64,000 nucleotides of DNA from an uncultured Gammaproteobacteria bacterium (GTDB lineage: Bacteria; Patescibacteriota; Microgenomatia; UBA8517), in contig CAZOUV010000001.1 in the NCBI GenBank assembly GCA_964583105.1, positions 65,617 to 129,616 of the forward strand. The letters run 5' to 3'. The translations under genes and the position numbers were made by a program. Of the stretch, positions 37,984 to 48,133 are shown piece by piece (the first letter of the stretch is position 1; each line of letters begins with the position of its first letter). A model generated the notes under the pieces. That model did no database searches. It saw nothing but the letters and a program-made list of their open reading frames with translations, and was not told the DNA's origin.

Positions 37984-38711
37984 AATTTCTTTCGGTTATA
38001 GTCCCTGCATACAAACAGGAAAAAACCATAAAACAGGATTTAAAAAATATTGTTTCTACCCTTGAAAATGGACTTATTGGTACAGACTTTGAAGTAATAT
38101 GCGTTGTTGATGGTTTTTTGGACAGAACTTTTGAAAATGCAAAAAGTATAAAATCCGAAAAGCTCAAGGTTTTTGGATATAAAGAAAATAAAGGCAAGGG
38201 ATTTGCGGTTAGGTATGGAATGAAGAGGGCAAAGGGTGACCTAATCTCCTTTTTGGATGCGGGAATGGAAATAAGCCCCAAAAGCGTAATGATGCTTATG
38301 GCTCATCTCGAATGGTATAACGCTGATATTATTGTTGGCTCCAAAAGACATTCTGTATCAAGAGTCAATTATTCTCTTACAAGAAAAATTATCAGTTTTT
38401 TTTATCACGTTGGGGTAAAAATACTTTTTGGACTTGACTTAAACGATACCCAGAGCGGGATAAAAATATTTAAAAGAAAGGTTGTTGAAAAGATACTCCC
38501 AAAACTTTTAGTGAAAAGATATGCCATGGATATAGAAATGCTTGCTTTAGCAAATCATATTGGTTTTGACCGTATCTTCGAGGGTCCAATCGAAGTACAT
38601 TTTGACAAAGAGACCAGTCGCGTTAACTGGAAAGATGGATTGAAAGCCATTTGGGATACTGTCGCAGTTTTTTATCGCCTCAAGATTTTAAGGTATTATG
38701 ACCGTAACTAG
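37980..38711 (+). CDS. GT2, DPM1-like polyprenol-phosphate glycosyltransferase
   Basis: 'LSVIVPAYKQEKTI...EVICVVDG', 'GYKENKGKGFAVRYGMKRAKGDLISFLDAG'; no TM. Confidence 0.6.
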   Translation: MKFLSVIVPAYKQEKTIKQDLKNIVSTLENGLIGTDFEVICVVDGFLDRTFENAKSIKSEKLKVFGYKENKGKGFAVRYGMKRAKGDLISFLDAGMEISPKSVMMLMAHLEWYNADIIVGSKRHSVSRVNYSLTRKIISFFYHVGVKILFGLDLNDTQSGIKIFKRKVVEKILPKLLVKRYAMDIEMLALANHIGFDRIFEGPIEVHFDKETSRVNWKDGLKAIWDTVAVFYRLKILRYYDRN

Positions 38712-40179
38712 TTTTGTTAAAAAACACAAACTATTACTGCCGGCAATTTTGGTTTTAATTTTGTTTTTTGGGCTTTATGGAAATACTCTTTTTATGTTTT
38801 TCTCACAGGATGATTTTTTTCACCTCAAACTTGGTCAATTATCAATAAACAATAATGTTTTAGATATTTTTTCTTTCAGATCATTTAATGACAGGGGCGG
38901 AGTATATTTTTACCGCCCGATTTTTAGAGAGTTGTTATATAAATATTTCTATCAGATATTCGGATTTAATTCTTTTCCTTTTCGTATTTTGCAGTTTTTA
39001 ATTCTGTTTCTTAATTCTTTCTTAATTTATTTTATTCAAATTAAGTTGACTAAATCCAAGTTTATTTCGATCTTCTCAAGTTTTTTTAGTTTGTTTGCGG
39101 TAGCCAATATCGGCGTGCTTTCCTATCTTGCGGGTGGAATTCAGGTTAGTGGGATGGTCTTTTTTTCTCTGTTATCCATAATTTTTTATCTTAAATATTT
39201 AGAAAAAGAATCTTTCTTAAAATTTTTTATATTCGTTATTTTTAATATTCTCGCACTATGCTCTCACGAAATATCTGTTTCATTACCGTTAATATATTTA
39301 CTTATTTATATATATGTTAGGGGTTTTACTAAAGAAAATATTATAAAAAGTTTAAAGTTGAATTTTTTTTCATTTTCATTAAGTATATCTCTTCTTGCGG
39401 CCGAGATTTTTGTGATAGGTCTTCCCTTAAATGAGGCTCAATACGGAATAAGTTTATCTTTAACAAAAATACTTAATTCATATTTTTGGTATGGACTATG
39501 GTCTTTGGGGATTCCCGAAATGCTTATTGATTTTGTAGGTCCGGGTTTTAATTTGAACCCAGATTTGATGCGCTTTTGGGGGGTATATTTTATCTTTATT
39601 TTCTCCTCGTTTGTCTGTTTATTGTTAATTTTTATTACGAATATCAAAAAAATAATAAATGACAAAAGGTTTTGGTTCTTTTCCGTATTTTTTATTTTAG
39701 GTATTTTTCCTGTAATTCTTGTTCCTTTACATAAACAATATGTCTATCTTTCTCTGGTTATTTTTGCTGTCGGAGCTATTCTGGGAATAATTGCTGAAAA
39801 AATAAAATCAAAAATATTTTTACTTGTTTTTATTTTTTCGGTTGTTGTTTTAAATATTTCCTCTATTTTTCTTGCTCAAAAAACATATTGGGCTTTAAGT
39901 AGAAATGAAATCTCTGAAGTTATTATTAATCAGATAAAAAGAGAATATCCTTCTCTTCCCAAGGGATCAAAAATATATATAATCAACGATCCAAATTACC
40001 CAAATTTGGGCAAAGATTGGGGAGGATCATCCACACAGGCTTCGGTTATTTTATCGGGCAGTGACGGTTTGCAAATGCTATATAATGATTTAATCCTGAA
40101 AGTTTATTATGAGGATATCAAAAAACCTGAAGCATACGATGAATTTATAGTTATTAGTCCAAGGGTAGAAAGAAAATAG
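38698..40179 (+). CDS. Polytopic membrane protein, 'QDD'-family-related (putative GT-C-like)
   Basis: 'MFFSQDDFFHLKLGQ' after TM1, the same F-x-QDD placement as 12701/14381/16072; ~11 TM, C-terminal soluble domain. Confidence 0.4.
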   Translation: MTVTSFVKKHKLLLPAILVLILFFGLYGNTLFMFFSQDDFFHLKLGQLSINNNVLDIFSFRSFNDRGGVYFYRPIFRELLYKYFYQIFGFNSFPFRILQFLILFLNSFLIYFIQIKLTKSKFISIFSSFFSLFAVANIGVLSYLAGGIQVSGMVFFSLLSIIFYLKYLEKESFLKFFIFVIFNILALCSHEISVSLPLIYLLIYIYVRGFTKENIIKSLKLNFFSFSLSISLLAAEIFVIGLPLNEAQYGISLSLTKILNSYFWYGLWSLGIPEMLIDFVGPGFNLNPDLMRFWGVYFIFIFSSFVCLLLIFITNIKKIINDKRFWFFSVFFILGIFPVILVPLHKQYVYLSLVIFAVGAILGIIAEKIKSKIFLLVFIFSVVVLNISSIFLAQKTYWALSRNEISEVIINQIKREYPSLPKGSKIYIINDPNYPNLGKDWGGSSTQASVILSGSDGLQMLYNDLILKVYYEDIKKPEAYDEFIVISPRVERK

Positions 40180-40180
40180 A

Positions 40181-41311
40181 ATGAATATATTGGTACTAAG
40201 CTGGAGAGACCCAAAACACCCACTTGCCGGTGGAGCGGAGCAGGTTATGCATGAACATATGGAGGGTTGGGTAAAAAAAGGACATAAAGTCACTCTTTTT
40301 GCATCAAGCTTCAGGGGAAACAATTTAAAAAAAGAAGTTTTGGACGGGATACAAATATTGAGAAGAGGTAATCAGCTTTTCGGAGTGCACGTATTGGCGC
40401 TTTTTTGGTATTTAAGAAAAGGAAAAAGAAATAAATACGATTTGGTGGTTGATCAGTTCCATGGAATACCGTTCTTTGCTCCGATTTATGCAAAGACCAG
40501 AGTTATGGCAGTTTTACAGGAGGTTGCCGGAAGTGTGTGGTTTAAAAACGATTTACCTTTCCCCTTTAATTACATTATTGGTTTAGTCGGTTTTGTTTTT
40601 GAACCTTTTATCTTTTTACTTTACCGTAAAATACCTTTTATGGTGGGTTCGAATTCCGCAAAAGAAGATTTGATAAAAATGGGTTTAAAACCGGATAGTA
40701 TTACAATTATCCCGCATGGGGTAATAATTCCGAAAATTTTACCAAATAATGAGAAACCCAAAACAAAAACTATTACATATTTGGGTGCGTTGGCCAAAGA
40801 CAAGGGGGTAGAGGACGCAATAAGGTCTTTTGCGTTTTTAAATAAAAAAGGAAAATACAATTTTTGGATTGTGGGAAGGGGAGGTAGGAGGTATCAACTG
40901 AAATTACAGGAATTAGTTAATAAACTTGGATTAAAGGTTAAATTTTGGGGATATGTAGATGAAGATAAAAAATTTGAGATTTTACGTAAATCCCATTTGC
41001 TTGTTAATCCTTCCATACGCGAAGGTTGGGGACTTGTTAATATAGAGGCAAACGCAATGGGCACTCCAGTAATTGCCTACAAATCTCCTGGTTTGGTCGA
41101 TTCGGTTAATAACGGAGTAAGTGGTTTGTTTGTGGCCGAAAATACACCCCAAGCCATAGCGGATACGATTTTAAGAATACTTAGTGACGAAAAAAAGTAT
41201 AATAAGATACAAACAAGCTCGATTAACTGGAGCAGAAACTTTAATTGGGAAAAATCCCGTAAATTAAGTTTATCTCTTATTGACAGGGTTGTTAATTCTG
41301 AATATATTTAA
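40181..41311 (+). CDS. GT4 (GT-B) glycosyltransferase
   Basis: 'EGWGLVNIEANAMGTPVIAYKSPGLVDSV' motif. Confidence 0.7.
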   Translation: MNILVLSWRDPKHPLAGGAEQVMHEHMEGWVKKGHKVTLFASSFRGNNLKKEVLDGIQILRRGNQLFGVHVLALFWYLRKGKRNKYDLVVDQFHGIPFFAPIYAKTRVMAVLQEVAGSVWFKNDLPFPFNYIIGLVGFVFEPFIFLLYRKIPFMVGSNSAKEDLIKMGLKPDSITIIPHGVIIPKILPNNEKPKTKTITYLGALAKDKGVEDAIRSFAFLNKKGKYNFWIVGRGGRRYQLKLQELVNKLGLKVKFWGYVDEDKKFEILRKSHLLVNPSIREGWGLVNIEANAMGTPVIAYKSPGLVDSVNNGVSGLFVAENTPQAIADTILRILSDEKKYNKIQTSSINWSRNFNWEKSRKLSLSLIDRVVNSEYI

Positions 41312-41314
41312 CGT

Positions 41315-41812
41315 ATGAAGAATCTCTTAAAAGTCCTTTTTTCTTTTATCTTTTTTCTGGTTTTGGCGGTTCCTGTTTTTTCCCAGACTACACCACTTTC
41401 TTCCGATCTTAATTCTTTTGAAATTTTCTGGCCTGTTGCTGCAGGTAAAACTGTCGGCGAGCCTTTATACAAACTTAAGCTTTTTAAGGAGAAAGTAAGA
41501 GGAATGCTTATTTTTGGGGATATCCAAAAGGCCGATTATGCGCTTTTTTTGTCAACAAAGAGATTGGTTGAAGCAGAGAAACTTATCAACTTGAATCAGG
41601 TTGATAGTGCAAAGCAGACAATTTCTGCAATGTATGATCAGCTGAAAGTAGTTTCGGAAAATGTTTCCAATAAAGAGGGAGCCGATAAGGAGGATATTGA
41701 CGAGATAAACATAAAGCTGGAGAAACTTGAAATGTTTGTTGGTTGGCTTGCTTCAAGGAACGAAGAGTACAAAGATCAGTTAATGGAGGTTTTAAATGAG
41801 TTGTTTATGTAA
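41315..41812 (+). CDS. Secreted hypothetical protein (signal peptide, helical)
   Basis: N-terminal 'MKNLLKVLFSFIFFLVLAVPVFSQ' signal-peptide-like; remainder charged/helical. Confidence 0.4.
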   Translation: MKNLLKVLFSFIFFLVLAVPVFSQTTPLSSDLNSFEIFWPVAAGKTVGEPLYKLKLFKEKVRGMLIFGDIQKADYALFLSTKRLVEAEKLINLNQVDSAKQTISAMYDQLKVVSENVSNKEGADKEDIDEINIKLEKLEMFVGWLASRNEEYKDQLMEVLNELFM

Positions 41813-41822
41813 ATAAGAATAT

Positions 41823-42557
41823 TTAATTTTCTTCTTCTTTTATCAAAATCCAAAAAAAGGTGGGTGTGAAGTATTTGAGTGTTTTAGACAAAAACAGCGG
41901 TATTGCGGGGTTTTTATAACCGAACTTTTTCGGTTTGTTTAATATTTCGGGTGTATAGTCCACCATTTTAAACTTTTTAACCAAAGTTTTTAGCTGCCAG
42001 TAGGATAGGGGGTTTTCCCAATATTCGTCTTTATTTCTAAAAATTTTAATATATATATTTGCCATTTTTTTGGGTAAATAAGATAGAAAGGGAAGATTGT
42101 AATGAACCTCCATCGGCCAAAACCTGTTTATTGCTGCAAAATAGCAAACTCCACCCGGTTTTAAAACTCTGTATATTTCGTTCATAAGTTTTTGGGGGTT
42201 AGATACGTGCTCGTAAACTTGGGAGCAAATTACAATATCATAGCTTCCGTTTTTGTATTTAAGATTCATTGCGTCTTCGATTTCAAACTTTAGGTTTTCT
42301 TTTTTGTATTTTTTATTGGCATACTCAACGGCTTTTTTGTCGATATCAATTCCTGTTAAATTTTTTATCGATTTGGAAATTTCGTTATCTATTATTCCTG
42401 TCGAAGAACCCACATCCAAGACATTGAGATTATTAAGGTTTTTGTTTTTGAAATAATCCTTCAGTAATTTAACTATTCTTACACCTTTTTCTACCCTTGA
42501 GGAGTGTTCATACATTTGTCTTCTCCCTTCCGCGTAATCTTCCTGATATTTTTTCAT
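41823..42557 (-). CDS. Class I SAM-dependent methyltransferase
   Basis: 'VLDVGSSTGIIDN', 'DIVICSQVYEHVSNPQKLMNEIYRVLKPGG'. Confidence 0.7.
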   Translation of the reverse strand: MKKYQEDYAEGRRQMYEHSSRVEKGVRIVKLLKDYFKNKNLNNLNVLDVGSSTGIIDNEISKSIKNLTGIDIDKKAVEYANKKYKKENLKFEIEDAMNLKYKNGSYDIVICSQVYEHVSNPQKLMNEIYRVLKPGGVCYFAAINRFWPMEVHYNLPFLSYLPKKMANIYIKIFRNKDEYWENPLSYWQLKTLVKKFKMVDYTPEILNKPKKFGYKNPAIPLFLSKTLKYFTPTFFWILIKEEEN

Positions 42558-42581
42558 TCCAGTTAGTATAATACATATATT
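42558..42581. promoter_or_regulatory. Divergent promoter region with TATAAT -10 box (42567-42572) 9 nt upstream of the 42582 ATG
   Basis: 24-nt gap between divergent starts contains a perfect TATAAT; implies a (near-)leaderless transcript for the epimerase operon. Confidence 0.3.
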
Positions 42582-43487
42582 ATGAAAGTTTTAGTAACCG
42601 GGGCAAGCGGTTTTATTGGAGGAAACATAATTTCTCTTTTTAAGAAAGAAGGGATAGACGTATTACCCCTTATAAGAAAAGGGGAATATGGAGATTTAAG
42701 AAACTATTCGTCTCTAAGGGAAACAACAAAAAATGTTGATGTTGTCGTTAATTGCGCGGCAGCACTTTTGCACCACCATCTTAACGAAAAAGATTTTTGG
42801 GATATAAATGTCTGGGGATTAAAAAATCTGGTTAATGCATGTATTGAAAATAAAATAAAAAAGCTTATTCATTTTTCGACGGTTGCCGTATTTGGTCCTA
42901 CGGATAAAAAAGGTTTTGACGAAAGAGCAAAAATTGATTTTACCGATATTTATTCTCAAACCAAGCATGAGGGAGACAAAATTATTAGATCGGTTCCTTC
43001 AAATCTACAAAGTATCATAATTCGTCCCACCATAGCTTATGGCCCGGGAGACACAAGGCCGGTAATTTATAGATTATTTAAGATGGTCAAAAAACACGTT
43101 GGATTAACAATTAATGGTGGAGAGAATTATATTCATACGGCATATGTCGGAAATATCGCAAACGCTGTTTATCTGGCAGTAAGAAAGGATTTTCATTCGG
43201 GAGAGGATGTAATTATAGGGGATGAGTATTGTCCAAAAATGAGAGAGATAATTGAAACAATTTCAAAAGTTCAAAATAAAAAGTATTTGAAGGTTTCCGT
43301 CCCATTATTTCCAGCAAAAGTAGTAGGAAAGATATTGGGATTGGAAAAAACTGTTAAATTTGTTTCCGAGAATAGGAGATACAAAATTGAAAAAGCAAAA
43401 AAAATATTGGGTTATAACCCAGAAACCGATTTATATCAAGGTATGAAAAGTACATATGATTGGTACAGAAAAAAAAATTTGATTTAA
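42582..43487 (+). CDS. NAD-dependent epimerase/dehydratase family protein
   Basis: 'MKVLVTGASGFIGGNI' Rossmann motif, catalytic 'YSQTK' (YxxxK). Confidence 0.75.
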   Translation: MKVLVTGASGFIGGNIISLFKKEGIDVLPLIRKGEYGDLRNYSSLRETTKNVDVVVNCAAALLHHHLNEKDFWDINVWGLKNLVNACIENKIKKLIHFSTVAVFGPTDKKGFDERAKIDFTDIYSQTKHEGDKIIRSVPSNLQSIIIRPTIAYGPGDTRPVIYRLFKMVKKHVGLTINGGENYIHTAYVGNIANAVYLAVRKDFHSGEDVIIGDEYCPKMREIIETISKVQNKKYLKVSVPLFPAKVVGKILGLEKTVKFVSENRRYKIEKAKKILGYNPETDLYQGMKSTYDWYRKKNLI

Positions 43488-43489
43488 AA

Positions 43490-44707
43490 ATGAATATTTG
43501 CATTCTTACACATACTTTTCCCAGAAACGAAAAAGATAGCTCTGCTGCTTTTATGAAGGATTTTGCCCAAGGTTTAGTTTCCGTGGGTCACAGGGTTTTT
43601 GTTCTTACTCCTTTTGATAAAGAATTTAAACGCGATAACGATACTTTTAAGGTTGTTAACTATAAATATATTTGGCCGGATTTTTTGCACAGACTTGGTT
43701 ATTCAAGATCGATGGGTGCAGATGTAAATCTTAAACTTATTAATTTTCTTCTTATCCCCTTTATGTCGTTATTTTCCACAGTTTCTCTTATCAAACTTGT
43801 TAAAAAAGAAAAAATAGAGCTTATAAATGTTCATTGGATATTACCAAACGGTGTTGCTGCATATATTTGTTCTTTTATAACAAAAATTCCATATGTAGTT
43901 ACTCTTCCGGGAACGGATGTATATCTTGCCGGCAAAAATTGTATTTTTAAAAATATTGCCAAAATTATTGCAAACGCATCGTCCGGAATTGTTTCAAACA
44001 GCAAGTTTTTGTTAAAAAGGTTTTTATCTTTTAAAATTAAAAAAACAAGAACTGCAGTTATTCCTTACCCCGTAGACGCTTCCATTTATAGACCTTTTGT
44101 AAACAATGTTAGTAGGTTAAAGAATATGCTCGGAATATCTGAAAAAGATTCTGTTATTTTGGCAGTCGGAAGATTGGTTTACAAAAAAGGTTTTGGATAT
44201 CTTTTGGATGCTATTCCCGATGTTTTAAAAGAGTTACCAAACACAAAACTTATTATCGGTGGGTCGGGAGACTTAAAGGGAGATCTTATTCAAAAAACAA
44301 AAAACAACAGTATTGAGGATAATGTTGTTTTTGCAGGAAATATAAATAGAGATGAAATTTTGGATTACTATAATTTGGCTGATATTTTTGTTACCCCTTC
44401 AATAATTGATGAAAAGGGAAATTTTGATGGAGGACCCGTGACCTCATATGAATCTATGGCTTGCGGAAAGCCCCAAGTTGCAACAAACATTTTGGGAGTT
44501 TCTGATATTATTGTTGACGGGGTAAACGGGTATAAAGTAAAACCCAAAAACTCCAACGAATTATCCGACGCAATAATCAAGTTATTGAAAGACAAAAGCA
44601 AAAGAAAAAATATGGGAGAAGTAAACAGGAAATTAATAGCCAAAGAATTCAGTATAAGAGCGATAGGATCGAAATATGATGAAATTTTTAAAGAAGTTAT
44701 CAAATAA
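43490..44707 (+). CDS. GT4 (GT-B) glycosyltransferase
   Basis: First ATG at 43490 ('MNICILTHTFP'); TTG at 43460 is upstream in frame; C-terminal GT4-type fold; A9 tract at 43469-43477 just upstream. Confidence 0.65.
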   Translation: MNICILTHTFPRNEKDSSAAFMKDFAQGLVSVGHRVFVLTPFDKEFKRDNDTFKVVNYKYIWPDFLHRLGYSRSMGADVNLKLINFLLIPFMSLFSTVSLIKLVKKEKIELINVHWILPNGVAAYICSFITKIPYVVTLPGTDVYLAGKNCIFKNIAKIIANASSGIVSNSKFLLKRFLSFKIKKTRTAVIPYPVDASIYRPFVNNVSRLKNMLGISEKDSVILAVGRLVYKKGFGYLLDAIPDVLKELPNTKLIIGGSGDLKGDLIQKTKNNSIEDNVVFAGNINRDEILDYYNLADIFVTPSIIDEKGNFDGGPVTSYESMACGKPQVATNILGVSDIIVDGVNGYKVKPKNSNELSDAIIKLLKDKSKRKNMGEVNRKLIAKEFSIRAIGSKYDEIFKEVIK

Positions 44708-46730
44708 AACCTGGTTAATAATTACCGGAATTTTCTTTATTGCCGGTCTTATTACTCTTCCCGATTATGGAATTAACTGGGATACAATCAATCATCTTCC
44801 CAGGGGACAGGTTTACTTACATTATTTTTTAACAGGTAAAAAGGATTACTCGGATTTTCCTGATTTTTTCAAAGAATGGCAAAAGCTGGGAGAGTGGTAC
44901 TGGCAAAAAGGTAATACTATATTTTTTAAACCGGATATTCCCAAAGAGAGTGTACCAAGGGTAAGCCTTTATCAACGCGCTGGTGTTGATTTTAATTATT
45001 TCATGAAGAAAGACGGTGGACACCCACCGTTAAGTGATATTTTGTCTTCGTTTTTTAATTACATCCTTTTTCAAAAATTGGGAATTATCAACGATGTTGA
45101 TTCCTACAGAATTTACGGGATTTTATTGGCAACTTCCCTCGTGGGTCTTATCTTCTCTTGGGTCAGGAAAAATTACGGAAGTTTATCGGCGGGGGTGTCG
45201 GCTTTGAGTCTTTCCCTATATCCTTTGTTTTGGTCCGAGAGTCATTTTAACGGTGAGAAAGATATTCCCGAGACTGTTTATTTGAGTTTTTTCCTTTTTT
45301 CAATCTGGCAGACGGTAAAAAAGAAAAACTGGAAATGGATGATTCTTACAGGAATATTTTTTGGACTTGCTTTAGGAACCAAGTTTAACATTCTTTTTTC
45401 GCTATTTATCTTTTTGCCATGGATTTTGATTGTAGGCAAAAAAGTATTGGTTAAGAAGTGGTTTTGGATATCTTCAATTACTGCAATATTAATAGGTTTA
45501 ACAATATTTATGGGATCCTGGCCTTATTTGTGGGCAGACCCAGTTGCAAGAATCCAGGAAGTTTTTGGATTCTATAAAGAAATTGGGACCGAAGCTGCTA
45601 ACGGAATTAATACTTATCCGATTCTCGGAGTTTTATATACCACACCCATTCTGATTTTAATCCTTTTCTTTTTTGGTGTTGCCAAAACAATAAAAGATAT
45701 TATTAAAAAGAAAAATTACGAATTGGGATTATTGGCACTTATTTGGTTTTGTGTAACCATGGGAAGAGTCATCTTTCCTGGAGCTTCTATTTACGGTGGA
45801 TTAAGGCAGATTATGGAATATATACCTGCGATGACAATTCTTTCCGGAATAGGAGCGGGGTATATTGCACTAAAGATTAAAGAAAAGATTAAAGTAGAAA
45901 AACAATTGGTTGAAGCAGCTTTTGTTGTTTTGACAACTATATTGTTATTGATACCAATTATTAAAATACACCCTAATCAAAATGCGTATTTCAATTTTCT
46001 TATAGGTGGTCTTTCGGGAGCTAAAGAGAAGAATTTTCCCTATTGGGGAAACACTTTCGGCGCGGCATATAGACAGGCTGCGGATTGGGTTAATCAGAAT
46101 GCCGAAAAAGATGCAAATATGGCTTATGCATATGAACTTATTCCAAATATTCCGAGGATTTGGATAAGAACGGATATAAATCTTCACAATAGCAACAGAA
46201 GCGGATATTTAAGAAAGGGGGAGTATGTAATAACCCTTCCTTACCAAGGAACCGAAGACAGATCGTATTTTGATATGTATTTAAGAAAGTTTTTAAAACC
46301 CGTTTATGAATCAAAAGTTGACGGTGTTTCGGTTGTTACCGTTTGGAAAAACGACAATGAACATCTTAATCAAGATTGGAACGAAAAAATTGCAAGAAAT
46401 GTAAAACTAGATAAAACAGCAAATTCCATAGTTTTTACCTTACCTGAGTCTGAAGATATTTCCAGACTGGAAATTAATTATGGAGAGTGGGGTTGCTCCG
46501 AACTTGAAATCGGAAAGGTCTTCATATCCTTGGATGGGAATTTGTGGACCGGTCTTCCAGGAGTTCTTCCAAGAGACTGGTTGATTCCTGTTCAAGGACA
46601 GCAACCAAAGGAGGGTAAGTTTATCTATCCTTTCGTTGGGCAAAACACAAAATATATAAGAATAGAAGTTGCTCCGGAAGACACTTGTCTTAAAAATATA
46701 GTAAATTACAATATTTTTTATATTGAATGA
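44676..46730 (+). CDS. GT-C membrane glycosyltransferase (PMT/ArnT-related) with C-terminal lectin/discoidin-like domain
   Basis: 'LPDYGINWDTINHLPRGQ' loop motif; ~12 TM; C-terminal ~120 aa 'RLEINYGEWGCSELEIGKVFISLDGNLWTG...NTKYIRIEVAPEDTCLKN' beta-sandwich-like. Confidence 0.5.
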   Translation: MMKFLKKLSNKTWLIITGIFFIAGLITLPDYGINWDTINHLPRGQVYLHYFLTGKKDYSDFPDFFKEWQKLGEWYWQKGNTIFFKPDIPKESVPRVSLYQRAGVDFNYFMKKDGGHPPLSDILSSFFNYILFQKLGIINDVDSYRIYGILLATSLVGLIFSWVRKNYGSLSAGVSALSLSLYPLFWSESHFNGEKDIPETVYLSFFLFSIWQTVKKKNWKWMILTGIFFGLALGTKFNILFSLFIFLPWILIVGKKVLVKKWFWISSITAILIGLTIFMGSWPYLWADPVARIQEVFGFYKEIGTEAANGINTYPILGVLYTTPILILILFFFGVAKTIKDIIKKKNYELGLLALIWFCVTMGRVIFPGASIYGGLRQIMEYIPAMTILSGIGAGYIALKIKEKIKVEKQLVEAAFVVLTTILLLIPIIKIHPNQNAYFNFLIGGLSGAKEKNFPYWGNTFGAAYRQAADWVNQNAEKDANMAYAYELIPNIPRIWIRTDINLHNSNRSGYLRKGEYVITLPYQGTEDRSYFDMYLRKFLKPVYESKVDGVSVVTVWKNDNEHLNQDWNEKIARNVKLDKTANSIVFTLPESEDISRLEINYGEWGCSELEIGKVFISLDGNLWTGLPGVLPRDWLIPVQGQQPKEGKFIYPFVGQNTKYIRIEVAPEDTCLKNIVNYNIFYIE

Positions 46731-48133
46731 AGAAAATACATTGGGAACTTTTGTTTTTATTTTTAATTACCGTTTTATTTATCTTTGTTTATTCATATAG
46801 AATTCTTCAATTCCCCATTTTTGAAGATGAGGCAGAACTTCTTTTTTTTGCTGAAAGAATAATAAAGAACCCATTTAAGAATTTGTTAATATCTATGCAA
46901 TATGGTCCACTACCCGCCCTTTCTTGGTTTACGGCTTTTGGTGGATACCTTGTCGGAGATACCTTGTTGGGGGGGAGATTGGTAAATGTTTTTTTTGCAT
47001 CCAGTCTTATTAGTTGGTTTTATTTAATTGGCAAAATATATAAACTTCCAAGAAGATTTTTTATTTTTGGATCACTTGTCATCTTTTTTTCTCCAATATT
47101 GCTTTTAAACTCAAGGGTGGCTTTATGGGATACTTCTGTAATGACATTCTCTGCATGGTCCTTATATTTTTTTCTACTTTACAGTAAAAACAAAAATATA
47201 CAAATTATGTTAATTTTTATTTTGATGACTTCAATTTCACTACTGATAAAATTTACTTCATTTTTTATCCTACCGTCTATATTGATAATTTCTTTACAAC
47301 ACAAATCGAAACATTTTTTAAAAATTATTGCTATTCCGATAGCTCTATCCTTAATATTTGTGGCTTTGTTTACAGGATCATCTTTGGAAGATGCAGGAGT
47401 AAGTTTGATCCAAAAAGGCAATAATATTGAAGCTATTTTAAAAATTAAGGAAAATATTTACCTTTTTATAAATTGGGCAAAGATTTATTATTTGCCGTTT
47501 ATGCTATTTCCTTTATTGTTTTTGCTTATTTATCGTAAACATAAAAAAGAAAAGATTTGCGAATTATTAATTTTGATGGCAATTTGGTTTACGACCTCTT
47601 TATTGATGATGATTTTCCTGAACAGATTTTTTTATCCGAGACATATTTTAATTTTGCTAGTGCCGTTAACGGTTTTAGCTTCTTATCTATTAACTCGTAT
47701 CAGATTTTCTATGGCCATATTTTTATTACTATTAGTTATTGTCTGGAATTTTCCTTTATTTAAAAATATAGTTATCAGTCATCATTTGGCAAAAATTGCA
47801 AAAGAAGATCGATTTCAATATTTTGAAGATTATACTTCAGGGATAAACATTGATAGTATTTCTAATGCAATATCAAGGGTGTTGGATGGCAAACAGACAG
47901 TTGTTTGGACCGATAAGAGTTGGGTGATGAGGTATGGTTTGGAAAGAAGTTTTAAAAATTACCAAAATGTTAGTTTTAGAACATTTGAAAACAAAGAGAA
48001 TATAGTTTTTGACAAAAAAGACAATAATCTTGTTATTGCCAATAAATGGGAGCCAGGTAACATAAAAGATTTGAAACTATTGGAAGATTTCAGTTGGAAT
48101 AATCACAAACATCAATATTTATTTTCTTTTTGA
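46727..48133 (+). CDS. GT-C membrane glycosyltransferase (ArnT/PMT-like)
   Basis: 'FPIFEDEAELLFFAERI' DE motif; ~11 TM; C-terminal soluble domain. Confidence 0.55.
   Translation: MKKIHWELLFLFLITVLFIFVYSYRILQFPIFEDEAELLFFAERIIKNPFKNLLISMQYGPLPALSWFTAFGGYLVGDTLLGGRLVNVFFASSLISWFYLIGKIYKLPRRFFIFGSLVIFFSPILLLNSRVALWDTSVMTFSAWSLYFFLLYSKNKNIQIMLIFILMTSISLLIKFTSFFILPSILIISLQHKSKHFLKIIAIPIALSLIFVALFTGSSLEDAGVSLIQKGNNIEAILKIKENIYLFINWAKIYYLPFMLFPLLFLLIYRKHKKEKICELLILMAIWFTTSLLMMIFLNRFFYPRHILILLVPLTVLASYLLTRIRFSMAIFLLLLVIVWNFPLFKNIVISHHLAKIAKEDRFQYFEDYTSGINIDSISNAISRVLDGKQTVVWTDKSWVMRYGLERSFKNYQNVSFRTFENKENIVFDKKDNNLVIANKWEPGNIKDLKLLEDFSWNNHKHQYLFSF

Noticed and set aside
37928-38281. 117-aa minus-strand ORF overlapping 36736 and 37980 genes
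   Set aside because: Embedded antisense ORF with no independent start context or motifs.
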